Source: Octopus sinensis (Eukaryota). From it: a DNA stretch of 64,000 bases. Positions 48,859 to 61,509 of this stretch are shown here, piece after piece. Made by a program: the position numbers and the translations under genes. The notes beneath the pieces were generated by a model. That model did no database searches. It was given only the letters and a program-made list of their open reading frames with translations, and was not told the DNA's origin. The DNA is taken from NCBI RefSeq assembly GCF_006345805.1, contig NC_043005.1:42346001-42410000 (forward strand), written 5' to 3'. Position 1 is the first letter of the stretch. Each line of letters opens with the position of its first letter.

Positions 48859-51659
48859 TACATCTTATATGTCTTTTTTCTAAGATAGCACAGTGGAATT
48901 TGAGGAAAATTTGGCAGTTATTTCTAGAAAGGTGAATGAGCACGTAGAGGCTGCCAGGTAGATTGAAAGGACAAACCTGTTCAACAAGCAAAGTTATATT
49001 TTTCAAATTTGTACTAAAACATAGAAAAAGGGACTTTATAACAGAAAGGTAAATACGATATAATACTCCCTATATGTTTAAAGACAAACGATATCTTCTG
49101 GAATTGTTTTTTTTATTATTATTATTCTCGTGGATAGACATTCATTTCTTATACACGATACGTTATCTTAATGCCATATATAAAATGTTATACCTGTGAA
49201 CATTTTGATTTAGAATTTGAAAGATCCGTTGACACATATGTTTTAAAAGTATTTTTCAGAACACATTTCCAGACATTAAAGAAGAATCGCGTGTAATAGA
49301 CTGTGTATAAGATACTGTGGAAGAAAATAAGAGAAACAATAAACAGAATACATTTGTGGTCTCTCTCTCTCTCTCTCTCATTTCTTTCTTTCATTCTGAG
49401 TAGAAAAAGGTGTACACCAATTCGTTCCATCACAATGAAGTATCACTGATATCATCCTAATTAGGACAGTCGATAGTTATTGTCAACAGACGACAGAATA
49501 ATTACAGGCACTGATAAAACCACCTAGTTAAGATCGCTTAAGGTTGCTTCTATAATTAAAATCAATATATTTACAATATTTCTCTCAAATCACCATCTGG
49601 ATTAGTTAGGCAATGCTATGTTATTATCCTCTGAATATCTAAATAATCAGTCAACTATGTTTCGTTACTTCCGTGGGGAGGTGTAATCCTGATTCGATTC
49701 CAAGTAAAAGACAAAAGTATTTCCGTTTTGCACTGAAATTCCTAAAATAACGAACTCTTCTTTGTTCTGCTATATTACAGTATTTTAAAACAGATATCTG
49801 TGACTAATCAAATGAAATAACTAGAAAATATAAGAACGCTTTCTTAGTTGGAATATTATATAAATATTTGTATTATACAATATTTCATCCATAGCAGCGT
49901 TGTTAAGTTTATTTTGGTTATGGAAGAACAAAAATGTCAGGAAATCTGAGGGACTACTGACTAATTTCAGTTTGATTTCAAAGAACGAAATCTTTTATTA
50001 TTTATTTATTTATTTATTCCTTATTTAGCTCAGCTGAGCTAGGTTAAATTTTCATGGAAGTATTATATTGGATAGAGAAAGCTGAATGTAGTTCTGAGAA
50101 AAAGACAAAAGTTTATGTAATGGAATATCTGAGGAATTATAGATATTCTGAAGACATTTTTTGGCAAGAAATTAGCATGCACTGTTACAGTTGTGAGCGG
50201 ATGTAAGAATTACTATATTTCCTCCTCTGGTAGTTAGTCTGTAAATGTTGCTACTAAATGCGAAATCTGGCTGGTAGCTCACAAATGCTCAATGGAAAAA
50301 ATCTCTCACATCATCTTGAAATATCTCAAACCGAATTTCTTCAAGTTCCACATGGCCTTACAAAGATCTACAATATTTAAAACCGTTCGGGTATATGTAT
50401 AAAATACTTTCAGCAGCATGGAGTCACGATTTCATATTCGACATAAAGGAAAATGCGTGAAGAGTTTAAAGCGTTGGATAGCTTGCATTAAATGGATTGC
50501 TTTGTGGTAATTATTTCCGTTCTCAGCTCACCCCTTTGTTCGGTTACATTAGTAATCTGTTATATTCAAATCTCATCTAGGTCAACACATTTGTCTTCCT
50601 CTCGTTCTTTCTATCTAGTTGTCAGACTCTCTTCTGAAAGAAATCAGCTGACCACAGCTAATTTCCTACTGAAAATTTAACAGGAGTTGGGATCCGAAAG
50701 TAAACCAATACATTCGAGTATTAAACACATCTTTTACCATGAATTATTTATCATAGAGCAGGCAAATATTTCACTTGGTTGACATGAAAGATCATAAAAT
50801 TTATAAGTCGCCTGTCTACAACGCTATTTCGTGTTGCAAACATAAATACCTTTTCGGAAAGATTAGTTTTGATATCATCAGTAAATACGAAGACAGATGT
50901 TGATGGCGTGGAATTCGCATTTTGGTCAACTTGGTGTATCTTTTTACAGTGTTATAACTCTTTCATCAATCTAAAATTATTTTCTAACCCCTAAAGAAAA
51001 GGGGACTAATTAATTTCCTTTTCAAAATTAGTCTTTATAAACAGGACATATGGTTCTCTTGTTGTCTTTTATTACTTTAATTTCATTGTTAGTCTACTTT
51101 TTAAACATTTTCGCGTGTTTTTTTAGCATGTGTTTAATTCTGTTATATAAATATAGAGCTAATTATATTAGTTACAGTTATATTGTTAAAATATAATCTA
51201 TTTAATTAATTATATTGTTAACAGTCAATAATACGACTCCTAATTTATAGCATATTTCGTGACTTACAAATGATTAGAATAAAGTTTCAAAAGTTATTAA
51301 ATTCAACTTTTGCTCAGTCAAGAAGAAATCTTGAATTTTTTGGTCTTGGATAAAACTTTCCAAAAATTTGACAGAATGGCTGACTAACTAAATTGTGATA
51401 GTATATTGATTATAGTATAAAATAAAGAACGTACAGTCTTTAAAAGTTCCTTCTGCGTGCAGAGAAAGAGTGGTCCAGCATTTTGGGTCATGATAGAAAT
51501 CCTTGTCTTGAAAGTTTTATTCATTTTACAACTAAAAAATTTCATTATCGCGAACTGAAAGGAGAAAAACTTGATTCATTCAGATGTTCCTTATTAAGTG
51601 AGCTCATCCTCTTTATTCTTTTCAATAAGTTGCTTTCTGTCATATGTGTCGCTTTTATT

Positions 51660-52074
51660 AGCAGAAGTGGCTGTGTGGTAAGTAGCTTGCTAACCAACCA
51701 CATAGTTCCGGGTTCAGTCCCACTGCGTGGCATCTTGGGCAAGTGTCTTCTGCTATAGCCCCGGGCCGACCAATGCCTTGTGAGTGGATTTGGTAGAAAG
51801 AAACTGAAAGAAGCCTGTCGTATATATGTATATATATATATATATGTATGTGCGTGTATGTGTTTGTGTGTCTATGTTTGTCCCCCTAGCATTGCTTGAC
51901 AACCGATGCTGGTGTGTTTACGTCCCCGTAACTTAGCGGTTCGGCAAAAGAGACCGATAGAATAAGTACTGGGATTACAAAGAATAAGTCCCGGGGTCGA
52001 TTTGCTCGACTAAAGGCGGTGCTCCAGCATGGCCACAGTCAAATGACTGAAACAAGTAAAAGAATAAAAGAGTA
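51660..52074 (+). mobile_element. Full-length SINE-A
   Basis: Close match to 12796-13206, including the AATAAGTCCCGGGGTCGATTTGCTCGACTAAA segment that copy lacks. Confidence 0.92.
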
Positions 52075-52828
52075 TGTTACATATTCTGAATTTTTTCAAG
52101 GATTTTTCAGTGTAGTTTTTGGATACTTTCTCCTGTTAGTCGTAATAGAGTCTTCAATCAGAATGAATTTATGAGGGGGAGAGTGTACTAGAGTAAATTC
52201 TTATGACTACTGACCGGCTTTCTTGATTTTGAAAGAGTATATTCTCTAAAATTCTTGACAGAAATTCAACTACTTAATTAGGAAGTAAAAGACAAAATCA
52301 TAATAAAAGAAGCTTACTTACGATTTTTTAACAAAAATGTAAATGCTAGGAACAAATTAACAACGAAAATAACGGAATATCATTAAGATGCTAATTTATG
52401 TACCCTGCTCCAATTATAATATTGATAATAATCATAATTTATCCTTCGGTTTATTGTTCATATTTAAAAATCAAACGAAAAGTAAATGAAATTTCAAGTC
52501 GTAGTAATAATTTCAATTCCAGTTCTTAATTGTAGAAGAACTGTTTATATTGGTCATACACGGAACCTGTATTAGGACGTATGGTTATTGGTAAAATAAT
52601 TAAATTCTAGGGTGTATGTGAGATAGAATACACTGCCCCAAACATGGATAGGAATGACTTTCACAATTATATTGATGTCTGAAAGTTTTAGCTAGCTTAC
52701 ATTATGAGAATTAAGAGTAAACTGCAACAGCCTTTTACTGGCGGAATATCTTTCACTTGAGACGATCTCGAAACGTCTCTAACCGTAAAACTTTTCTGTA
52801 GTTTGTCTACGTAAGAGTAAATATCCGT

Positions 52829-53081
52829 GAATACATAATTCTGTGTGTTAATATGTAATATGTAGGTAAATGTTTAAATATTTAAATCTGAATTACAGAC
52901 TATTTGTTTCTGAAATTCAATATTTCTTTTTTTTTTTTTTTTTTCATTCTTCTTATATTCATTAATATGATAAGAATGAAAAAGAAATACTGAATCTCAG
53001 AAACAAATAGTCTGTGATTCGGATTTAAATATTTAAACATTTACTTACATATTACATATTGACATACACAATTATATATTT
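52829..53081. repeat. About 250-bp AT-rich fold-back palindrome
   Basis: Arms about 52829-52955 and 52965-53081 are complementary apart from about 8 substitutions and a T-run expansion. Confidence 0.92.
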
Positions 53082-54699
53082 ATGTGCATGCATGAGCCGC
53101 CAATATGTTTATATTAGTGTCTGTTTAAACACACTCACACATTCAGAGAAGAAAGACAAAGAGTGTATGAGTGTATGAGCATTTGTGTATGTAAATTTTT
53201 ATGCATACACGTTTATATATTAGTTTAAAACGAATATTTTTGTCTGTGCACACACGTGCATAAAACAGCGTATACACATACATACACGATCGTAAATATA
53301 TAAACCCTACCAATTAGAATGTTAAAGAACGTTCGTGTCTGTTAAACCAGTGGTTGTGTGGTATTTCTAATATATGCCCGACATCAGATTGTCGGTATTA
53401 ATCCTACAATTATAAACATTCCTGCACTCATCTGTCATTAGAATGGGAATTAAAGAGAAAATTCTTCATTTCATTCATGATTTGTTTGTCGGAAACGGCG
53501 TATTTCTAAAGAAGCAACACAGACCTATTGAAATGATTGTGGTTATGGAAAACGAGCGTGTCTCAATCTGTGTCATGTATTGATTCTTGTTATTGTTGTT
53601 GGTGGTGGTGTTTTCTTTCTTAAATCAATGTGAGCCAGATCAATGCAATAGATCGTGTCTTTGATTGCTGATTTGATTGTGCAACTGACAAACTCTACTG
53701 AACAACAAGAATTCAGAACTTCATCGCCTCAATAAATTTAACACACCTAAGTTCGGTGAATAAAAACATTTGAAATCTATATATAGAAAAGTGGGAAAAT
53801 CCAATCGTGTGACAAATAACAACTAAAGAGAAAGTCAAATAGAAAATAAAAAATAAATCGAAAACTAGAATCGACCCAGCTTCATAATATTAAATCCTCA
53901 TCAAATATTTTTTCCACAAACCGTATTGATTTTATTTCCAATTATTGCTTCAGTCAGTTAGAACTCCGAATTGGTGCATTCATTGGTTTGGTCTTTTGAG
54001 ACCACTGTTCAGCGGTTCCCTTCACATACTGACCGGTATGGGATTCTATGTTGATTTGTGTAATTTGCTTCGTATGAGTATGGGTTATTCATGGAAAACG
54101 GCTGGGAAATAAAACCGACATCTTCCGGACATTTTTTAATAAGCTGAACGTATGGTTGGTTCAAGGTATTAGAATGCTTCACTGGATACAAATTAGACAT
54201 TTTTATGTAGGGTTGAATTATAAATAAGTTCAACACTGCAGAATAACATTTCAACATAACCTGTGCAGTCTATAATTGTATAGTGCCAAATTCTAATATG
54301 AAGATGTTGCTTGCTTCAGTAGACAGTTTAAAGCTCTCTTTTACCGGCACTATACCATTATAACAATTTAGAAATCTCTGCGGTGTTAGGTAATATGAAG
54401 TTTTCAAGTTCTTCAAATATCCCAAGCCATATATTACTATTAAAAACCATTGAGTTACGTATGACTCTACAGAGCTTCAAATATTCCGTTGCTATTAGGT
54501 CATACAATGGCTCAGTAGGTTCAGGTAACTGCAAAATATATATTACTGTGTTCTCAATAAGTCTAATTTTATAATTAGTCGCAAACAAACATATATACGC
54601 AGAAATGAATGTACAGAGACATATAATATTAAAAAAAATATGTATGAATAAATATAGATATATACAATCATACAATCATACATACAACATGTATATGTT

Positions 54700-54744
<45 letters not shown>

Positions 54745-54839
54745 GCGTGTATGTATGCTTGTATATATATATATATATATATATAATAACGTATATATAT
54801 CATATATATGTGTGTATAAATGTATATATATATGTATGC

Positions 54840-54886
<47 letters not shown>

Positions 54887-54954
54887 ATATATATGCATAC
54901 ATACATACATATACATAATACACACACACACATATGTATGTCTTTGTATACATG

Positions 54955-55200
54955 TAAGTATGGCAGCATGGTTAAGAAACCAAGTGGTTTTGATATCAGT
55001 CTTGAAATGTCCTGAATTTTAATTTGGAAGAGACAGAAATTGTGTGGAAGCCCGTCGTATATATATATACATACACACATCTGTGAGTGTGAGTGTGTAT
55101 TTGTGTTAGTTCCTACCCACAGGTTGGTAACCGATGGTGGTTTAATTATGTCACCATAACGAAGCCGGGTAGCAAACATTATCAATACAATAGCTACGAG
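54955..55200 (+). mobile_element. Highly degenerate SINE-A
   Basis: GAAGCCCGTCGTATATATAT..(GT)n..AACCGATGGTGGT. Confidence 0.55.
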
Positions 55201-55851
55201 ACTTAAAAATATTACAGTGGCTGAATTTGTTTCGAATAAACCTTTCAAGGCGATACCCCAGCATCGCAGATGTTGTATTTGTACTGATTGAAATAAACGA
55301 AACCCTGAACGCACCTAAAAAGCTTATTAGAAACAATTCTAAGCCCACAATGCACAAATAAATAAAAAAAACGCATAGCTCATTACTTATTCCTTTCTTT
55401 GTGTGTGTGTGTGTGCTTGTGCATGTGCGTGTTTGTGTGTGTATGTGTATGTGTGTTTGTGTGTGTAGCTTGAAAAACTCAATATTTTCTCACGTCCTTC
55501 AGCAAATTGTGTTACTTTAAACAGAGAGATTGAGCAGAATAAAGAATATGCCTTTGGTGAGCTGAAGCTGCAAGTCATGTTGATTGAAATTAATTAGTTT
55601 CTCACAACTTCGATCGACACTTTTATGTAGTCTTCACATAATACTTAATTACTACTAAGAGAAGAAGCGTTTATCTTGAAATTCACTAGTTACATTTTAT
55701 CTAAATATTCAACCCTTTTTTTTTTAATATTTATATCGACCATTATCAAAAAAGTGAAATGTTTTAATAAATGCTGGTGTGGCGTCACTTATGTGACATA
55801 GAACAGTTTGCATTATCCTGATATTGTATATGGTGGACAATATGAAAGTAA

Positions 55852-56300
55852 GACGGTGAGCTGGCAGAAACGTTAGCACGCCGGGCGAAATGCTTAGCGG
55901 TATTTCGTCTGCTGCTACGTTCTGAGTCCAATTCCCTCCGAGGTCGACTTTGCCTTTCATCCTTTCGGGGTCAATAAATTAAGTACCAGTTACACACTGG
56001 TAATCGACTTAATCGACTTAATGTAATCGACTTAATCCCTTTGTCTGTACTTGTTTGTCCCCTCTATGTTTAGTCCCTTGTGGTGGGCAATAAAGAAATA
56101 AAAAACGTTTACATGCAGGGAAAAATGCTAAGCGGCAGGCATTTCGTCCGTCTTTACGTTCCGAGTTCAAATCCTACTGAGATCGACTTTGCCTGTCATT
56201 CTTTCAGGGTTGATAAAGTAAGTACCATTTGAGTACTGGAGTCGATGTAATTAACTTAAACCTTTCCCCTAACTTGCTGGCCTAGTACCAAAATTTGTAA
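55852..56300 (+). mobile_element. SINE-B dimer
   Basis: Full tail-1 unit (GGGCAATAAAGAAATA, ends 56100) joined to an older unit starting at A(A)AAACGTT. Confidence 0.82.
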
Positions 56301-58328
56301 GAAATATGTATCTGCAGTAATATGGTTTAGGTTCCTGTTTCAGGTAGATTTTGGTTTTCTATTCTGTTAAATCTTTGACAATATACACATTAATCACTCA
56401 ATATATTCTTATTCAGAATATTCTTTACTGCTAAAAAAAGCTTCCTTGTTTCTCACCGAATAGTGGAACACACATAGACTTTCAACAATAATCTTCTGCA
56501 CTTCAAACTGCATAACAATCTTACCAAAACTCTTATTTTTTCTTGAATCACGTAGATTCACTGAGTAATAATTCGAGAACCATTCACGGACAGAAGTAGA
56601 ATCTATATTTTGCATGAGTGGTGAAAAGTATCTCAAAAGAAGAAGCCTGAAACTTTCGCGTCTTCGATTTGTATCTCGCTCTGCTTCGTGTCCTTTGAAA
56701 TGATACCTAACTGTACTTGTTTTATATATCAGATTTCATGAAAAAATAAATATTATGGTATTATAGCAGGTAATGATGACGCAAAATGTAAAACTATGTT
56801 CATACAGCCGCAAGGCATGTACAATATAGAATGTCGTTATATCATTTAAATTTTACATAATATTGTACACACACATACACACATACCCGTTCTCTCTCTC
56901 ACTCACATACAAACATTTAGTGTACGAATGTATAATATTGTATCTCTTTCTTTCTCTCTCTTTCTCTCTCTCTATCTCCACTACATACACATATACACAC
57001 ATACACACACATACACCCACACAGATACTTATATAAAATATTTTGTCATTTTTATTTTGCATTCATTATTTATATATTTTATCTACGCAAGTTCAATGTC
57101 TATGTTACTTAAAGATTTAAAACAGGTGCAAAACTAAGTAAAGACTGCATATACATTAAGTTTAATAAATAGAAATATATCATATCAAACTGTTTATGAG
57201 TGTGCGTGTTTATATGGTAAATTTTAAAATGTTATCTTTTACACCCTTCTTTGAAAAGCTATCATTGAAATGCAAATATTTTTCTAACTGAGTAACGAGA
57301 AATTTCTTGTGAGCAAACAAGTTTTTCCCAAGGGGGTTTTACTCCATCAAGATCAAGGAAATTAAATTATTTTTATAACCTATAATAACTGCACATTGCA
57401 ATGGAAATGGCGGAATTTAGAGAAGCAACATATATATATATATATGCTAACCAATGTAACATGCATTTAAATGATGATTTTGCTTCACTACAAGCTGTAA
57501 TGTGACGAGTTACAAAGTTTAGCATCGCTATTTCGAGAATATTTAACTGTCTGTTTTAGCAGTTAACAGTGAAAGAATATCTAAGTTTTGAAATGTCTAC
57601 TTCTAAAATATGCATGGTAAGGAATTTGATATATCATATTTTAATATTTATGCGATATCTATTTTCTTAAAGCAAATTAAAGATGTATAATGGAATGTTC
57701 GTAAAATATATTTATAGAAAATATGAAATATATATACATATGTAAAAAGGATTTTGAAATATATACCAACTTTTGAAGGACATAAAATAAAATTTCAATA
57801 TCATAAAGAAAAATACGTTATGCTTTGCAATAAATATGTTATTAGTCTACAGAGATAATCGTAGAAAAATATAAAACAGGTTCAACTATAACTGACATGC
57901 TGTCACATGAGTGTGTCTTCAACGGATGTCTTAGTAATGAATATATATTGTGCTTACCAAACCTGCTTTATTTTCATATTAATTCAGATAATTTACTTTC
58001 CCATTTCTATGAAGAAAAGTCTGCAGTAAAGTAACTCTCGTAATCTCAGACGAAAATGAGAGTTAGTGATGTATTCAATAGCTATAAGATATATATATAA
58101 ATCCATAAATCAGACGGATAATTGTAGATAAGCAATAAACGAGAGTTAGGGAAAAGGGAGAAATTGATAGTTAAAAGTACATGGCTGATTACGTTTGTAT
58201 TTTGTCACAGGCACCGCAGTTTTTTCAGAAAGTTTTCAACATTCAGTTGGTTACTCAACCAGGTTGTAAATATACATTGTTTAATGATGGTGGAATTTAC
58301 CACTCAAAAAAAACTGGGTCCATTACTT

Positions 58329-58752
58329 GGATCTTTTCGATTTGAACGCAGTTTTTCCTAGCGGTGTCATATGAAATTGTCACCCATAATTATGACCCTA
58401 GTATCGATCTATTGCATTTCAATCTATTTTAGGGTTAGGGTTAGTTAGGGTTAGGGGTGGGGGGAAGGGTATATTTTTTCTTCACAAATGTAAATAAACC
58501 CAATCTGTTTTTTAAACGAGGGACATATTCATACGGCACATAATGTTGTTTACCTCAATGGACGTACTTGATTGGTTGAAATTGCAGAAATTGAAGAAAA
58601 AAACAACAAATATCTTACAAACTATAGAATTTTCTCAATAAAGCCAAGAGAAAAAGATGTTTTATAAACACATTCTACCAGTATACGAAGTTTAAAACTT
58701 TTTAGTTACCTAGAAATTATATTAAAAACTGCCGTTCAAACCAAAAAGATCC
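58329..58752. mobile_element. MITE with GG..CC termini, 8-bp TSD and internal TTAGGG repeats (Merlin- or hAT-like)
   Basis: TIRs GGATCTTTTCGATTTGAACGCAGTTTTT / AAAAACTGCCGTTCAAACCAAAAAGATCC; TSD CATTACTT at 58321-58328 and 58753-58760. Confidence 0.88.
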
Positions 58753-59744
58753 CATTACTTCGTAATTATTCTCCATTTAAACACGATTCACATATGTGAG
58801 TGGTAAAGATTTACTTTTTTGACGTGCTACTGCTCCGTGGTGTTGCGGAGAAAACAATATACATTCTTATCTGAAGAAATATTGCAATAAAGTGTGAATC
58901 AACAATAAAGAGAGAATAAACACTGAAGGCCTCACTGATACAAATAAATTTCTACTTTTTTTTTATGTATTCAGTATGTGAAGTAACTTTAAATTTAAAG
59001 ATCACGAGAGCAAAGTCTTTAAACAACAAAATTATTGACTGAATCTAATATAAGAAAACCAGTTTTATTTTTGTAAGGAATTACCTTATTAATATAAGTT
59101 GTCATAATTAATGTTGTGAGACGAGTTTATATCATCATCTCGAAAATGTATGATTATTTACTCTCAGTGCCTGATAGCTTGCTTCAAACAGTAGAACGCT
59201 ACTTTGACCAAGGAAGTTAAATGGTTTACATATGTACGATTGTTGCGTATGGGTTAGGAAATACATTTGTGTGGAAGACAGGTTGATAGTTGTTCACAAT
59301 GTGACTCCTATAGTCGTAACACAGGATGGAAACCTCCTTAGTCACTTCATGAATGTAATTAAGCCAGTTCAATTTCCGATTTTTAAGCCAGATCAACAGG
59401 AATCAAATATATTTTGTGAGAGAAAGAAACACTTTCCATCACATGGAAAAATAATCTGGCTGAAAGTATTCTAACGAACACAGAGAATACAAAATTGGAC
59501 ATGGAGGAACTTGAACATAGATATACTAATGTATAAAGTTCGGTGTTTTCAATTTTGTACTCACATAATGTTTATGTTAACTGAACAGGAACAAAATTTC
59601 ATATATCGAAATGAAAGGAAAATTACATAATGCAGCCAGCACTAAGCATATTTATAAAATCAGAGATTCAGTTTGCAAGACTTCACTTTTCGATCCTCCC
59701 CGAATGTTTTTGCTCGTACGTTTCCTTGTGAATCTTCAAGACAC

Positions 59745-59889
59745 TACTCAACTGGTACTTAATTTATCGACCCCGAAAGGATGAAAGGCAAAGTCGACCT
59801 CGGTGGAATTTGAACCCAGAACGTAGCGGCAGACAAAATACCGATAAATATTTCGCCCGGAGTGCTAACGATTCTACCAGCTGGCCGCC
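59745..59889 (-). mobile_element. SINE-B (3' part missing)
   Basis: Body and full head. Confidence 0.85.
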
Positions 59890-59896
59890 TTTAAGG

Positions 59897-59972
59897 ATAA
59901 TAATAATGATAATAATAGTAATAATAATGACAATAAAATAATAATAATGACAATAACAACAACAACAACAAC

Positions 59973-60023
<51 letters not shown>
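59897..60023. repeat. (AAT)n/(AAC)n microsatellite
   Basis: Direct reading. Confidence 0.92.
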
Positions 60024-60343
60024 CTCTATATAAATCTAATATATAAATCCCGTTCTGTCTGTCTTTGTGCGCTTATGACTCGAGTATTATTCATCCGATC
60101 GCGCTGAAATTTTAAACATGGATACATGAGAGGGTGGGGCGTTCCGTAATCTAAAAAGGTTTTCAAAATTGTCAGGTTCAAAGTGAGAATCGCTAGTTTT
60201 GTAATCGTTATGTCCTATTTCTTCCGCCATGCTGTTCATTAAAAGCGACGAGTTGCTCAGACAGCCGGCACATACCCTTTCGCTGGCAAACAAATGGAGT
60301 ACAGGATGACAGTCAGCCAAACTGTCGCTATGCTGCCTCTCTT

Positions 60344-60389
<46 letters not shown>

Positions 60390-60829
60390 TCTCTCTCTCT
60401 GCCCCCTCTCTCTATACGATTATCTAACTGAAAGCAATAGTCGTCAAATGCAAAAGACCAAAGAACTGTTAATACATATATACATACATAAGACAGTAGG
60501 GTGTTTTGAGGTAGATTTGGCTGCTATTTCTACCAGGTGTAGCTACTATGTAGAGGTCTCCCTCATTGGTTCACACATACATACATATATAGCTACATAA
60601 GACAGTAAGATGTGATTTGAGGGAGATTTGAGGGATATTTGGATACATGAGAGATCGGGGGTGTTCCGTAATCTAAAAAGATCTTCAAAATCGTCAGTTT
60701 CCAAGTGAGAATCGCTATTTTTGTAATCCTTCTGGCCTGTCTATCGGATGATTAAAGCTTCCATAACACCATCCAAGTTAACCCTCTTCACCTTTACAAA
60801 CAGTCCAATGGACGGGGGTCGTTTGCTAG
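60023..60829 (+). mobile_element. Non-autonomous Helitron
   Basis: 5' A|TC..TATATAAATCCCGTTCTGTCTGTCT; 3' GC-rich subterminal GACGGGGGTC followed by CTAG|T (60826-60830). The exact 5' TC (60023 or 60035) is ambiguous. Confidence 0.65.
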
Positions 60830-61189
60830 TAATAATACTACGGTCTCTCGTATTTTGTACTATCTACGCTGTATTCTGAACTCTCCACCGTTCGATTTTC
60901 CTTTTCTCTTTTTAACAGAAAGTAAACGAGATTACCTGTCTCGTTCGTTAACAGGAGGTAAACGAGATTACCTGTCCCTTCCCTTGCTCACTTCCTGTAT
61001 GTATGTATATATATATATATATATATATACATACCTACGTCATTTCAATTCTGCCAAAAAGATTTATATATCTCATATCTCAAACGCTTATCTCTCCTCA
61101 TACAGAAAACATTGTAAGTTCTCTTTCTTCATTATAATTTCTTGTTATTTGCACTGATTATAGATATACATAACACAATAAACAAACAA

Positions 61190-61348
61190 AATGTTAACAT
61201 TATTTACATTATTTACATTTGACAGATATTTGTCCTCATTTTGTTTGTTGTTAACACGTTTCCTCTGATATAGCCTCCAGCCTTCATCAGGTGTCTTGGG
61301 GGAAATTTTGAACCCGGGTTCTTATTCCTAAGGTATTTTTCGATGTTG

Positions 61349-61350
<2 letters not shown>
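61190..61350 (-). mobile_element. Penelope-like tail with a degenerate hammerhead motif
   Basis: Minus strand GACAC-CUGAUGA-A-GGCUG-..-UCAGAG-GAAAC-GUGUU (core boxes at 61284-61290 and 61258-61262); adjoins (ATT)n. Confidence 0.5.
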
Positions 61351-61418
<68 letters not shown>

Positions 61419-61428
61419 TCGGATCATG

Positions 61429-61509
61429 CCCGTGGGCATGTGGCGTAGTGGTTAAGAATGCGGGCTACTAACCCCAAGATTCCGAGTTCGATTCCAGGCA
61501 GTGACCGGA
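61429..61509 (+). mobile_element. tRNA-derived SINE head followed by (AAT)n
   Basis: A box TGGCGTAGTGG, anticodon-like loop CT-ACT-AA, B box GAGTTCGATTCC; no proper acceptor stem, so not a tRNA gene. Confidence 0.75.

Noticed and set aside
50830-50885. CTGATGA..GAAA on the minus strand as a fourth hammerhead candidate
   Set aside because: No stem II or stem I pairing between or around the boxes.
54009-54675. Two minus-strand ORFs in unique sequence (LPEPTEPLYDL..; MSNLYPVK..)
   Set aside because: No recognisable domain; the weak resemblance to a Helitron N-terminus is unconvincing; splice phases are incompatible with neighbouring candidates.
56409-56645. Minus-strand ORF/exon candidate with a GTAAGA donor
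   Set aside because: Weak acceptor, no homology, and phase-incompatible with the 54.5-kb candidate.
61435-61505. Possible tRNA-Ser gene
   Set aside because: No acceptor stem, imperfect anticodon stem, no long variable arm, and an (AAT)n tail: it is a SINE head.
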